Shown here in pieces: positions 38,301 to 46,587 of a stretch of DNA of 64,000 nucleotides. Made by a program: the position numbers and the translations under genes. This stretch comes from a virus (Duplodnaviria; Caudoviricetes): the IMG/VR virus record IMGVR_UViG_3300033120_000461, positions 9,283 through 73,282 of that record; one strand, 5' to 3'. The notes under the pieces were generated by a model. The model ran no database searches. It was not told where the DNA came from and saw only the letters and a program-made list of their open reading frames with translations. Positions within the stretch are counted from its first letter, which is position 1. Each line of letters opens with the position of its first letter.

Positions 38301-41300
38301 GAACAAGAATCCTGAGGACACTCTAGGGTACTGAAGTGCTCCCTTTGACGCGAAAGGACTCAAGGTCCTGGTGTCTGTTCTGGAGAACACAAGCTTCTGA
38401 GTTGACCGCACACCTCCCTGACGAGGAGAGATGAAGGCTAGGCTCCCATTCCCAGAGGTTGCGTTGTAGTCCTTACCTGAGACCAATGTACGTCCTGGTA
38501 GAGGATCTCCCCCCTCGGACAGTTCACCAAAGAGGATGACCTCAAAGGGTTCTGTAGGGAGGAACGGGCTGACTCCTAGGAACTGAGTAGCCCCTGATGG
38601 GTAAATTGGGCGAGCAGAGATCTTGGCATCGCTGTCAAGCATGGTCGAAGACCATTCAAATGTGCTCGGAAACGGGCTGGCCACAGTGATGGTTGTGGTG
38701 CGTCCATCAGAAGAGAGACCCCCCTTCACAATCGCAAATGGATGTCCGAAGAGTTCGAGGAGATGGCCCGCCACTGTGTAGCGAGTCAGGTTCCCCTCAA
38801 TCTTGATTTCGACTTGACCTTGGGTCACAGGCTCAAACTTTGGAGTGTTTGGGAGACCTAGGGCTTCCGCAAGTGTAGGCAAGAAGCTCGAATCTATGGG
38901 CAGATTCGAGATCAAGCTCAGGGCATTCTGTCCTGGGTTGAGAGATCCCGCGCCATAGTTGGTGGGCGGAAACACTGTCACCTCAGTCGTGTCACTCAAA
39001 GCATCGTACACAGAAGAGGTCACGTAAGTGGTGAAGGCCCCAACTCTCAGTGCCTTTCCCGCTACTACATCACTCGTCCTGTCCGAGTCCAAAAGGAATG
39101 AGGTCTGGCCCTTAGCAAGACTGAATGGAGGCCTCCAAACAGGTGGTGCAGAGACCGTGTATGAAGTCTCCCCACCAAAGGCCTCGAAGACAGCATAGGA
39201 GATTGTTACCTTCGTTCCCGCCACCACTTCTTCGTTGAGAGAGATGGTGTTCCGCGTGAAATCCACAGAGCAACCCAAAGGCAGGCCGTAAGTTTGCTGT
39301 TTGGAACCTGTGTAAACGACAGGTGAGACCAGAGGGTCGGCTGTCCTCCCTGTTGGGTTGAAGGAGTAGAGTTGGCTGGATATGCGGGTTGCAACCTCTG
39401 CTCTGATGTAGAGAGGGAGGAACTCACGAATTCGAACAGGGTTGTTGTCCGAGTCCAGGTACAAAGCCCCTGTACTTGGATTGGCTCTGTAGTACGTGAC
39501 CTCTACCAGTTGATAGGGGCGAATCGGGTTCGCCAGGAAGGTGAACGTACCCAAGATTGGGTTGACCACACAGTCTGTTGTGCCCTCCACCGAGAGCTGC
39601 TCAACAAAGTAGATTGGGTCTCCAACAATCAAGTCAGCTGCGGATACCGCAAGGTCCCCTGTATCTGGATCGATTTCGGCATCTCCAGAAGCCAAGTCTG
39701 ACCCAGCCAACAGCGTTTCCACGTACTGAACACTTGCACTCTGGTACTCGGCCAGGACCCCACTACCGAATTTCAACTCCCCTGTTGTTGTCAGATACTC
39801 CACAAACACTGGGTTGATGGAGAACGAAGCCACGGGGAGAAGCCCAACTCCCTGCACGAACAGAGTGCTTCCGATTCGAAGGTCAAAGGCCCCAGAAGTG
39901 AACCGAACACCTGAATTCGGAACAAAAAGAACCCCATTTGAGACGACACCAAGATTCTTCCTGGATAGGATTCGAAGGGGAATGTCAAGTCCTATCTGGC
40001 CAACACGAACGAAAATAGGGCGCTTCTGTTCGATGCTCTTAGCGGCATCCGCAGAGACCAACACCCCTCCCCCAATACCCTGATTCGTCAGGACCCGAAT
40101 CTCGAAGGGTTCTTCAGCCAGGTGGTCAAACTCCTCATACAGAACATCTGCCACAACTGCGGGGTCAACCAATCCTGGAGACACACCTCTGAAGACTTCG
40201 TACGAGACATTCACCCCTTCATCCCCCACAAGGAATGGAGGGGATACTTGAAGACTGGTTACGTTTACGGTTTCGACTGTGTATGAGCCTTGATCTCCAC
40301 CCGAGATGATCTTCAGACGGTCTCCTGTGGACACCCCAAGAGCAAGGAAGTCCACGGACACATCCGTAAGAATCGACCCAACTGGGAACCTGCCACGTGA
40401 GCCCTCAAGAAACCGAGCCCCAACTTGGTCAACGAGAATGGCCTCACCTGTTGTCCCACCACCAACTAGGATGAAGTCAACACCAGGTTCCAGATACGAG
40501 AACGGACCACCATCGGCGGAGACCTTCAGGAAACCATTGAGAGGTGCAATCAGGCTCTCGGGCAGCACACCCGCTACCCCCAAGTTGACTCCTGCAACAG
40601 GAGATTGGACTTGGAGGGTGGATCCACTTGAGGAAACCCAAGCGAACTTCTTCTCCTCAAAGAGGTACTTCACATCCTCCCAAGGCTGAAGCGGACGGGC
40701 TACAATTGGCGATGCTCCTGGAGCCCCAGCAGCAGATAGAGCAAAGAAGACGCCCTCATCGTAACCAGCGATGTCCTCGCGAGGGGCGAAGTCCAAGAAC
40801 TGGAAAGTGACTGGGCTGATGTTTCCAGTAAGAGTTCTGGACTCCAGACGGTACTTGTCGCGAACATCTGGAATCGGTTGGGACCCATCCAAGTCCCGAG
40901 GTGACCTGTAGAATCCGAACTCACCACCGTAATCAGCAATCCAGTTGGGGTCCGTGGCGCTGAAGTCACCACTCGGGGAAGTCAACCAACCAGGTACAAA
41001 ACCAAGAGCCGCACAGCCAGAGAGTTCAAACCCAATGCTGACCAGACCTGATGATGTGTGGGAGATTACAACTCTGCCTGAGATCTGAGTGCAAGAACCA
41101 GGTGCCCCTGCCAGGGCAATCCTTGCCTGAATCGATGCTGCAATGATGGTTGCGGAGAATGTTCCAGCTCCCAGTGCACTCGCCAGCCAAACTACAGAGG
41201 TAGCTCCCAATCTGAATCGAAACACTTCAGACCCATCGAGGACAAAGGTGTCCTGCACACGGGAAATGAGACGAGACCTCGTCGCATAGCTGGAGGGGAC

Positions 41301-43130
41301 GAACTCTGCTTGGCGGAAGTACACGGGAAGTCCCGCGAGGTCCTTCCTGGGAACACTCCCAAAGAACACAAGGGAGCCTGCACCTGTCCTCTTTTGCAAA
41401 GAGACGTAAGCTGTGTCACCAGGAACACGGTAAGGGTCTGTGGGAAGTTCGTCCTCGAAAGAGATGGGGACGACTGAGGTAACTGTCCGACCCTGCGTGA
41501 ATAGGAGTACATCGCCAATCCCGGAAGACAGTCTGCGGACGAGGCCTGAGCTTCCTGGACGTGGGGAAACAGCACCTACGACGGGTGGGTTACCAACCCC
41601 GTCAGGCACATTCAAAATCCCTGAAGAACCAAGACCTGGAAGTGCTCCTCCATCTGGGATGAAGACCTCTACGCTCGGATCATAGCTTGTGACTGGCGTT
41701 CCTGTGGAATCTACCAGAAGAACAGGAGCTTTGAGAGGCTGAGGGTAGAGGTTGAGAGAGACTCCATCGTATCGAACAAGAGCCCCTAGGTACCCCTTAT
41801 CGAAAGATGGGTTTGGGGCCAACCTTGTTCCAGGGTCTGCCTTTGAGATGTCCGCAGACGAAAGACGGATTCTGCCTGTTGAAATAGAGAATCCAACTTC
41901 GCCTTCTGAGATCACTGCTGCAAGAAGTTCAGTCTCTGTGTCAAAGGGAAGAGCTGTAAGAGGTTGTCTGTTCCCAAGCCTGATGATTGGACGCTCCCCC
42001 AAACTTGGTACTGGAGCCAAGAATAGAGAACGTGTCTTGGCTGAGAGCAAGCTTCCAACAACACCACTCGATTTCTCAAGGAAGGTGCGTGGGTTGTACC
42101 AAACTTCAAATCCTTCGTAGGCTTGGATGAAGGCAGGGTTCCAGACGATCTCCCCTGCTGCTCTACCCATCACACCAGCCAAAGGAGGGCTGGAACTTGC
42201 GAAGTTGTAGCTGGAGTTTGCGAGGTCATCCTCCACAACTAGGATGCCCGAGAAGTCACCAACGGTGCGTTCGACCACTGCATATGAGCTAGCATTGGGT
42301 GATGAACCCAGTCGGATACTGGCGTATGAATCACCAGTATTACCTGGCAACAGACTACCAACAGGGGTTGTGGGTCTTGGGGACAGAACGTATCGAACCC
42401 CAGAGCTTGAGAGCTTTCCTAGATTGATTGGAGCCCCACCACGATAGGGCTCCCACTTTTGAGTGGCTCCATTCCATCCGAAACGAGTGGAGTACGAGTC
42501 ATTACGTGTCCACCAGAAACGGGCTGCGGAAACCCAGTACAACACCGAGACAACCGAGTCACCTCTGGACTGAGACAGAGCAGGCCCAGCTACTGGATTC
42601 GTGACAGCCAAAGTGTTGGCGGTGGGGAGAAGAGTCAGGACTCCAGATCCTGGAACAAACGAGAAGTCACCACCGATAAGAGTGTACGTGAGACTTGAGC
42701 CACCACGTTTGACCTCAATCGCTACAATCCCTGCAATGTCTCGTCCACCATTGTCCGTGACTACGATTCGCGGAGAACCATCAGTTGAAAGTCCAGATGG
42801 GGATGCTGGATTGAAAACTGAGAGCCCTCCCTTTGGAATAGCACCCTGACCATCATCTACAACCCAGTCAGGCCCCTCAAGGGTTGTGACTGAGCCCGTA
42901 TTTGCAGCCCAAACAAGGAACTCCTGTTCGCCAAGAACTGAGTTCAGGACAGCAGAACGGTATTGATCAGCGCGTGCCTCAACAAGACCTGGACTCCCTG
43001 ATGGGTAGATCGTGGAACTCGGAGCAACAACATCCCGTGCCACACCTGAGTCTGCGGGGGCAGTCGTAGTTGCGTTTGTTTGGGATGTCTTCGCACCACG
43101 AAGAACGAAACCGTCAAAGAAGTTGGTCAC
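32331..43130 (-). CDS. giant putative virion (tail/baseplate) protein, 3599 aa
   Basis: 10.8-kb uninterrupted ORF, Gly/Pro/Ser/Val-rich; shares GD.L.I..G...G.Y.V modules with the 1728-aa wedge protein. Confidence 0.75.
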   Translation of the reverse strand: MTNFFDGFVLRGAKTSQTNATTTAPADSGVARDVVAPSSTIYPSGSPGLVEARADQYRSAVLNSVLGEQEFLVWAANTGSVTTLEGPDWVVDDGQGAIPKGGLSVFNPASPSGLSTDGSPRIVVTDNGGRDIAGIVAIEVKRGGSSLTYTLIGGDFSFVPGSGVLTLLPTANTLAVTNPVAGPALSQSRGDSVVSVLYWVSAARFWWTRNDSYSTRFGWNGATQKWEPYRGGAPINLGKLSSSGVRYVLSPRPTTPVGSLLPGNTGDSYASIRLGSSPNASSYAVVERTVGDFSGILVVEDDLANSSYNFASSSPPLAGVMGRAAGEIVWNPAFIQAYEGFEVWYNPRTFLEKSSGVVGSLLSAKTRSLFLAPVPSLGERPIIRLGNRQPLTALPFDTETELLAAVISEGEVGFSISTGRIRLSSADISKADPGTRLAPNPSFDKGYLGALVRYDGVSLNLYPQPLKAPVLLVDSTGTPVTSYDPSVEVFIPDGGALPGLGSSGILNVPDGVGNPPVVGAVSPRPGSSGLVRRLSSGIGDVLLFTQGRTVTSVVPISFEDELPTDPYRVPGDTAYVSLQKRTGAGSLVFFGSVPRKDLAGLPVYFRQAEFVPSSYATRSRLISRVQDTFVLDGSEVFRFRLGATSVVWLASALGAGTFSATIIAASIQARIALAGAPGSCTQISGRVVISHTSSGLVSIGFELSGCAALGFVPGWLTSPSGDFSATDPNWIADYGGEFGFYRSPRDLDGSQPIPDVRDKYRLESRTLTGNISPVTFQFLDFAPREDIAGYDEGVFFALSAAGAPGASPIVARPLQPWEDVKYLFEEKKFAWVSSSGSTLQVQSPVAGVNLGVAGVLPESLIAPLNGFLKVSADGGPFSYLEPGVDFILVGGGTTGEAILVDQVGARFLEGSRGRFPVGSILTDVSVDFLALGVSTGDRLKIISGGDQGSYTVETVNVTSLQVSPPFLVGDEGVNVSYEVFRGVSPGLVDPAVVADVLYEEFDHLAEEPFEIRVLTNQGIGGGVLVSADAAKSIEQKRPIFVRVGQIGLDIPLRILSRKNLGVVSNGVLFVPNSGVRFTSGAFDLRIGSTLFVQGVGLLPVASFSINPVFVEYLTTTGELKFGSGVLAEYQSASVQYVETLLAGSDLASGDAEIDPDTGDLAVSAADLIVGDPIYFVEQLSVEGTTDCVVNPILGTFTFLANPIRPYQLVEVTYYRANPSTGALYLDSDNNPVRIREFLPLYIRAEVATRISSQLYSFNPTGRTADPLVSPVVYTGSKQQTYGLPLGCSVDFTRNTISLNEEVVAGTKVTISYAVFEAFGGETSYTVSAPPVWRPPFSLAKGQTSFLLDSDRTSDVVAGKALRVGAFTTYVTSSVYDALSDTTEVTVFPPTNYGAGSLNPGQNALSLISNLPIDSSFLPTLAEALGLPNTPKFEPVTQGQVEIKIEGNLTRYTVAGHLLELFGHPFAIVKGGLSSDGRTTTITVASPFPSTFEWSSTMLDSDAKISARPIYPSGATQFLGVSPFLPTEPFEVILFGELSEGGDPLPGRTLVSGKDYNATSGNGSLAFISPRQGGVRSTQKLVFSRTDTRTLSPFASKGALQYPRVSSGFLFVDPPSKQNGREGGLLQGTYTFESPDSFFVQAKSFKSYVGDVALEIQKQATASEPSLGPTLSTGEVKSNGDFGRVGISSERSNLIDKDRAARAFLGFFNSTISSFEQITETLSGELVGEKDGKLRLYVGKDDPWTPPGYEDQITGALNPRVLWFDAWTSARSGLPMIQLLTTDPVTDPLNTQVDSNGRPFGAYQDPSSFSALTGYQEILVKNDIDDVVLTTRIRTERKLSGFITFRVLSFGQFSDLSQASPFSRLFPEKTMGFTTLSPGLDGDEATGAPGVYSAGKLGLDPLGFLFGAPFSLRSTTGTTIGQLENPVLGQIQNVLGVQARDRRARARVWAYSPTGFPEVDALSSGRPSIIATPLSLVEFPILSDTGLPDTTQLASESGGPLPTGLNDLLTGSPELHTPPFAPGMQLAVGSPDGSSTELGYAGTTFPVGPESRYAGVFVDAVLKGCVITLKSKDISGADVPILDALLLLSLSSPTNGSVLNPSRGDTVFAIPGTGSVLPVTSDPPTIAELQAFTSTTPTYRTGTDLNFTARTGELTDATLPSFSDPTLFGLKEITGQHPPAPLSTLEAVVSFQNGSRLPVLFPGLKGEKTLDSGDYSLPYYGSPTNELEILGSAASLISTLVRSDSPNPPPVAPPSVPAYFTEAVFPDETLGSAGRVQTTPPSERSTLTTFEDLFRGTSSGAYPPPPGHAGVGDVNPYDLLLIQAPTGVPGVAGFPLGSTGVHSIARIQPGAPNQIDLPRFVTPVNGNLTYQVDHGIAWVAYPLYGSGIVVQEDTTLSPDETIFDLSSVGSSSIVLDDGSGGGLLPVPVGGLNDVFGTNDKGSVLWIRLINKATGQFVPGSTVRVEKISTGADILTSVFEVSGDNGVTAVPVTPGGFYFLPDRVVIKTNTPFFNFGPYNPVVGPPGTTTTSGFHDFTFSVLSNISEFATINSDRVTFQDRIDFRSALPRGFVHPFPGGSLMECQLSTRFFGATLFDTTTATLVARSNLVNDIDNINDGLPFTLPTRNLTPSVNGVGTWAAGVGSLRVLGFEGQGNIPIDATDITFTAIPSSRQDGVGPILNGTFFVGELQGPGAPFSIVGENVFIPITTHTGSLGRVQPGDVAIMKGVYDPFLVLSAPVGSGKVGTYLVRAAVESTPLDLPGHRLDLTVSVGDAGWFDFRFPTVVSMVGSDLTVSSLLPLSPLQDLNAAPVASSFAFPSSGRVFLILNESLVGSAGSAVSAAYSSLDGPGSRFLGLSGFQDAVGNPITLTAFQNAAAFGVRVSGMTILPVNVWQEGSVAQNLPGYTVWPSPPLGTEFYFGFREVTASRSSFGSVTYDAGIATLVGVPPGPAQISVYSKVKVASTSFLQLDEPVYDNIPGGLDLSNFSWTTIHGAGPACLYPNDIFELRYHAQNGLFVEPSFPVSGNDLAATRVNVVDAGHSLLTSEIGTRNISSYISGVGPSGGSLLEVGQVEVRRIRRFHDSFGALADSLRDLRFVYEIRRGIVQTFTGSGSTGVLVAQPVDTQNPPQPLVGGRATQLGDFTNSNIGIRAGDSVRFLSNLSGEVVAVAEVLVVETGRTLTLSKNALNLVGPGTRFEIYLRSAPVPHEQSCAELLELATDRILLDRPADLITQVGGSVAYVADVDPQVAYDQSVNILTDTLDFGALGIQQGDILVVDPAGPLRGPTGFAPTPERGVRPFGDTSVLPRGAPTYVPGSPHRIDDNRGYYKVLTVTPTTLGVVPLGGVLAGNRTSADAIIDGQYAVYPTVHGSLLSGGLEGQMDLRPTGYADGTNSFASNWLSIAPFAYKVIRPTTFLTEETVELILATRERMLSWMEELRGIFEAEKSGSYFVFQRDEHIADLGDTSDPLDGLGVLFDAYIAGLEGLVRESPFANSSDCLSILDRRFWGLDFRLDYLRPPFSPLDPPYADFENGVGRPTLPDRIEEALEQRDQLRNSRWAWLTVRTDRVSGTLASIRRFDEEAPRRKAEQQRLLTLVKGTEKV

Positions 43131-43161
43131 TGGCTTACATTACCCTTTTGTGTTCACCCTG

Positions 43162-43185
43162 TCGTTGCTGAGAGGTGAATCACCG
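43162..43185 (-). repeat. degenerate copy of the stem-loop repeat
   Basis: CGGTGA-TTCACCTC-TCAGCA-ACGA vs copy 2a TGCTGA-TCCAATCTC-TCAGCA-ACAA; two stem mismatches. Confidence 0.35.
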
Positions 43186-43878
43186 CCTTCGCCTAGCAGC
43201 TTCAGGTGGCACAGGGTTACCATCTTCTGGATCTACAGCCCATGGCATCATGTAGTCCCTAAGGGATTCTTCCAGGTGGAGTTCAGCAAGGTCAAAAATA
43301 CGACGGGCAATCAAATACCGAAAGCCCAAGGTGGCGACCGGACGCTTTGAGGGGTCCTGCTTCCAACTCCCCTCACATGCATCCTCGTTTGGGTCCTTCT
43401 TCGACCTCAAGATCTCAAAGAATGGTTTCAAAGCCTCACATTGAGGATCCAAAGCGATCGCTCCCCCCCGCCCAATGTCAGCAGGGAGGTACCTGGCTAT
43501 TGAGTCCGGAAGATTCCGGATTGCCTGACGGTTCCCGCTCTCAGTGGCTATGCTCGGGTGCTCTTTCCCCTCATAGGCTGAAATGGACCCACCATGTTCC
43601 AGTGGGATTTCGCACTGGTTCTCCAGTGCGTCTGCTGAGTCAAGGAACATGAGTGCCAAATCTCGAAGCTGATGGGATGTAAGACCCTTGGAATCATTCC
43701 CTCGGATTTCCAACTCTGTGTGGAAGGCACCAAAGGCACTGTTCTCCACAATCAACTCTGCTCGGTCCACTCTCCGTACGTCTCGAAAGATTGAGAGTTT
43801 GACACCGCTATTTCCAGTGTGGATATAGCGGGATGCGAGGCGAAGCCTTGATTCATTTTTAGACATATTAGACTCCAA
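43180..43878 (-). CDS. hypothetical protein
   Basis: 232-aa ORF (likely start at ATG 43866). Confidence 0.7.
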   Translation of the reverse strand: MESNMSKNESRLRLASRYIHTGNSGVKLSIFRDVRRVDRAELIVENSAFGAFHTELEIRGNDSKGLTSHQLRDLALMFLDSADALENQCEIPLEHGGSISAYEGKEHPSIATESGNRQAIRNLPDSIARYLPADIGRGGAIALDPQCEALKPFFEILRSKKDPNEDACEGSWKQDPSKRPVATLGFRYLIARRIFDLAELHLEESLRDYMMPWAVDPEDGNPVPPEAARRRR

Positions 43879-43945
43879 ATGGGTGCTCGCCGGTTGTGGT
43901 GAGTTGAACCCTTTCAGACTCTACCTTACACCTTGCTCCAACTAC

Positions 43946-44155
43946 TCATGAAGGAATTGATTTTCCCCAGATGAGTTCAATTGATTCTTCTTGAACCTGG
44001 GCTGTTGTTCCGCGAGCACGTTCGTCAGCGTGCTTCCTTGTGTGATAGAGACCCAACAACACCAAGTCTCGGTTCTCTGGGGTGTCTGGAAGGTGTGCAG
44101 CACCCATGAAGATGAAAACGTTGCGGATGAATTGTTTGTCCTCAGGTTCAGTCAT
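43946..44155 (-). CDS. hypothetical protein
   Basis: AAGG SD; 69 aa. Confidence 0.6.
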   Translation of the reverse strand: MTEPEDKQFIRNVFIFMGAAHLPDTPENRDLVLLGLYHTRKHADERARGTTAQVQEESIELIWGKSIPS

Positions 44156-44179
44156 TATGGCCTTTTTGGATAGCGACAG

Positions 44180-44782
44180 TCAGACAATGAAGGAAGTGGA
44201 TGTCCCGACTGTAGAGCCTGGACCAACAGGTCCAGCAGGGGTTACAACTCCTGTCCCTGGAACTGTCACAGCAGTCTGAATGAGACTGGAAATTCCGACA
44301 GCGAGCGCGGTGTAAAGAGAAGGAAGAGCAGACCCACTACCACCTAAGGCAGATGTGGCTGCAATGTGAGCCAGCTGTATGGCAGATGCTAGGGTGCTAG
44401 GGTTTGCACTTGCTACGAAGCTTACGTCCAGACCTACTGCCACTCCTGCGGACACACCTTGATAGAGGAGTGTCCCACTGAGAGAAGTCAGAATCCCAGA
44501 ACCTATGGCGGACCCGACTTGAGCTACAGTCGCACCAGAGATACCTCCGGCTGTCAGCCCCGCAACGACAAGAGAAGGACCCCCTGTCAGTTGCAGGGTA
44601 CCCAGTACCTGACCAGACCCAACAGCACCTGTAGTCACACCCTGAATTACGATGTTACCTGGGACTACAGACCAAGTTGCGAGAGCATTACCAACAGCAT
44701 CAGCCAACAAAGACCAAGTCGGGCCTCCTGGAAATGAGGAAGACCCTTGGATGGCAGCAGATATGACTGAAGCAGGAACCAT
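44180..44782 (-). CDS. Gly/Ala/Ser-rich putative virion protein
   Basis: 200 aa of small residues with a GTGVV motif; composition typical of spike/baseplate-associated proteins. Confidence 0.5.
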   Translation of the reverse strand: MVPASVISAAIQGSSSFPGGPTWSLLADAVGNALATWSVVPGNIVIQGVTTGAVGSGQVLGTLQLTGGPSLVVAGLTAGGISGATVAQVGSAIGSGILTSLSGTLLYQGVSAGVAVGLDVSFVASANPSTLASAIQLAHIAATSALGGSGSALPSLYTALAVGISSLIQTAVTVPGTGVVTPAGPVGPGSTVGTSTSFIV

Positions 44783-45003
44783 CAGTCGTCTTCGTCAAGA
44801 CTACCTGATTCGTCTTCTTCCTCTTCGTCAAGTTCTTCCGAGTCCTCTTCTTCGAGGTCATCGTCCTCTCTTGCGATCTCCAACAGGTTCTTGGAGAACT
44901 TCTTCAGCCACTGTTTCAGTGATCTGTCTTGCTCAGGAAGCCTCTCGATAGCTTCAGAGACTCCATTCTCCATAACCCAGATCTCAAACTCTTCACGTGT
45001 CAT
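44782..45003 (-). CDS. small protein with highly acidic tail
   Basis: 21 of the last 28 residues are D/E; AGGAG SD; stop overlaps next start. Confidence 0.75.
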   Translation of the reverse strand: MTREEFEIWVMENGVSEAIERLPEQDRSLKQWLKKFSKNLLEIAREDDDLEEEDSEELDEEEEDESGSLDEDD

Positions 45004-45018
45004 TCCCGTACTCCTTCT

Positions 45019-45441
45019 TCACAAGTCCCGCAGTCCCGCAGGGTTGTACTCGCCTTGTAGTGCCTTCTTGTCGCTGAGTGGTTGGATCAGCGCATCCATT
45101 TTGGAGCGGATTTCCGCTTCCACATTCTTGTGGACTGCGAAGGTATAGGCAAGAATGAAGTCCTCAGTGTCTTCAGATGGCCCACCCATTGAAATCATGG
45201 ACAAATCTTCAGGAAGGTTTGTGCCTGTGTTCAAGATCTGAGGAAGTGGGGCGAAGTTATGACGATGTGTAATCCATCGGTCAATTTCACCAGAAATGAG
45301 TGGGAGCTTGGTGTTGACATTGTGTTCCGATGGCCACCAATGGATGGTCCAATGCCCACGATGACAGAACCCAAACAGCATCCCCGGATTCCAACCGAAA
45401 ACTGCCGGGGAAAAAGCTGCAACACAGAAACGTGGCTTCAC
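45019..45441 (-). CDS. hypothetical protein
   Basis: GTGA-coupled; C-terminus runs through a stem-loop repeat copy. Confidence 0.6.
   Translation of the reverse strand: MKPRFCVAAFSPAVFGWNPGMLFGFCHRGHWTIHWWPSEHNVNTKLPLISGEIDRWITHRHNFAPLPQILNTGTNLPEDLSMISMGGPSEDTEDFILAYTFAVHKNVEAEIRSKMDALIQPLSDKKALQGEYNPAGLRDL
45068..45101 (-). repeat. dispersed stem-loop repeat, copy 6 (C-G variant)
   Basis: AAATGGATG-CGCTGA-TCCAACCAC-TCAGCG-ACAA. Confidence 0.85.
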
Positions 45442-45617
45442 TTTCGTTTCGCTTTCCGTGCCTGCTTTTCAGCTGCTTTGCGTTTCAACTCCGCTACAAG
45501 CTCTGGGCTTCGAAGAGCCTTGTCTCTTTCAGAGAGGTCCCGAGCCTTGCTTGGACGCCATCCTGCTAAAGAGGCAAGTGCCATAATGGCTGGGATCGTC
45601 ATGTCTTTGTGGTTCAT
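45438..45617 (-). CDS. 59-aa basic microprotein (not in ORF track)
   Basis: GGAGG SD; MNHKDMTIPAIMALASLAGWRPSKARD...KAAEKQARKAKRK*. Confidence 0.7.
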   Translation of the reverse strand: MNHKDMTIPAIMALASLAGWRPSKARDLSERDKALRSPELVAELKRKAAEKQARKAKRK

Positions 45618-45629
45618 GTGGATTTCCTC

Positions 45630-45950
45630 CTACCTCAGACCTCGGAGAAGTCGTTCAGCACGTTCTGGGGTTCTCTCTTCAACAATGTCTGCGAGATCTT
45701 GTCTCTCGGCCACAAAATCATCCTTGTGGCCTCCTGTAATCGTGAGGAGTGCAAGTAGCGCTGATGTTGGTAGGGTCGCTCTTTTGGCATCACAGAGCAA
45801 CTCCCTCACCTCTTCAATGTGCCCTTCAGTGAGTCTGGGACGGACGGTTTGGTACAGCAAGTCTAATGCCTGATCGGTATTACCCGTCTCAAACAGACCC
45901 GCAGCGACCATGACCACATCCTTCACTTGATGAGTCCAAGTGGCCACCAC
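45630..45950 (-). CDS. small helical hypothetical protein
   Basis: DQALDLLY...LLALLTIT...RAERLLRGL pattern seen in small phage/bacterial helical proteins; start uncertain. Confidence 0.65.
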   Translation of the reverse strand: MVATWTHQVKDVVMVAAGLFETGNTDQALDLLYQTVRPRLTEGHIEEVRELLCDAKRATLPTSALLALLTITGGHKDDFVAERQDLADIVEERTPERAERLLRGLR

Positions 45951-46105
45951 CGAGCAATTTCTTCATCAATGTGAGCCTTGGGTGTGTTGAACATATGCAT
46001 GTCCACTGGAAACGGCCCGTGGCGGAAAAGCCGTGATGGGTTGGAGTCCAGAGAACCAAAGCACTGACCCTCACGCCAGAGGGTCACCTTGTACTTGGTG
46101 GTCAC
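45923..46105 (-). CDS. hypothetical protein
   Basis: ATGA-coupled. Confidence 0.55.
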   Translation of the reverse strand: MTTKYKVTLWREGQCFGSLDSNPSRLFRHGPFPVDMHMFNTPKAHIDEEIARWWPLGLIK

Positions 46106-46587
46106 TTGGTGGGAACTTCCGTGGCCGGAGCTACCATGGACCAGGGGTCTATGGGTTCATTGGAGATGGCCATGTAGATCTGGTGGTTTACGAAGGAGAG
46201 TTCTTCACGGCCCGCCCCGCTCTTCAAAAGCTGGTCTCTCTTGGCTTCCAGTTGTTTCCGCTTTGAGGTGTCTGTGGTGTTCATGGTGTTCTCCACCCCT
46301 GTAACGGGTAGGGCCTCCTCTTTTACCTCAGCCCACTCAATGTCCTGTATCAAGCCATCCATGTCTTGAGGTTCAAATGGCTTGCTCCCCCATTCTCCCC
46401 CGACCCCGGACCCTTTGATGTGCGCTCCGATTTGAACAGGCTGCTCATTCCAGTCATGGGGATTGATGTTCGTGATGTTCTTCACATGGAGGATTTGAGA
46501 TGCCTCCTCGCGTGAAGTTGCAATGATCGCAACGCATCCGGTGCTTCCGAAATCAATCGAGTAGAGAAAGAGTTTGGGGAGGGTCAT
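46102..46587 (-). CDS. hypothetical protein
   Basis: ATGA-coupled. Confidence 0.7.
   Translation of the reverse strand: MTLPKLFLYSIDFGSTGCVAIIATSREEASQILHVKNITNINPHDWNEQPVQIGAHIKGSGVGGEWGSKPFEPQDMDGLIQDIEWAEVKEEALPVTGVENTMNTTDTSKRKQLEAKRDQLLKSGAGREELSFVNHQIYMAISNEPIDPWSMVAPATEVPTK

Noticed and set aside
3094-42849. Many 60-207 aa plus-strand ORFs antisense to the structural genes (e.g. 7944-8444, 8977-9504, 14947-15570)
   Set aside because: Shadow ORFs expected from codon bias; no SDs or recognisable motifs.
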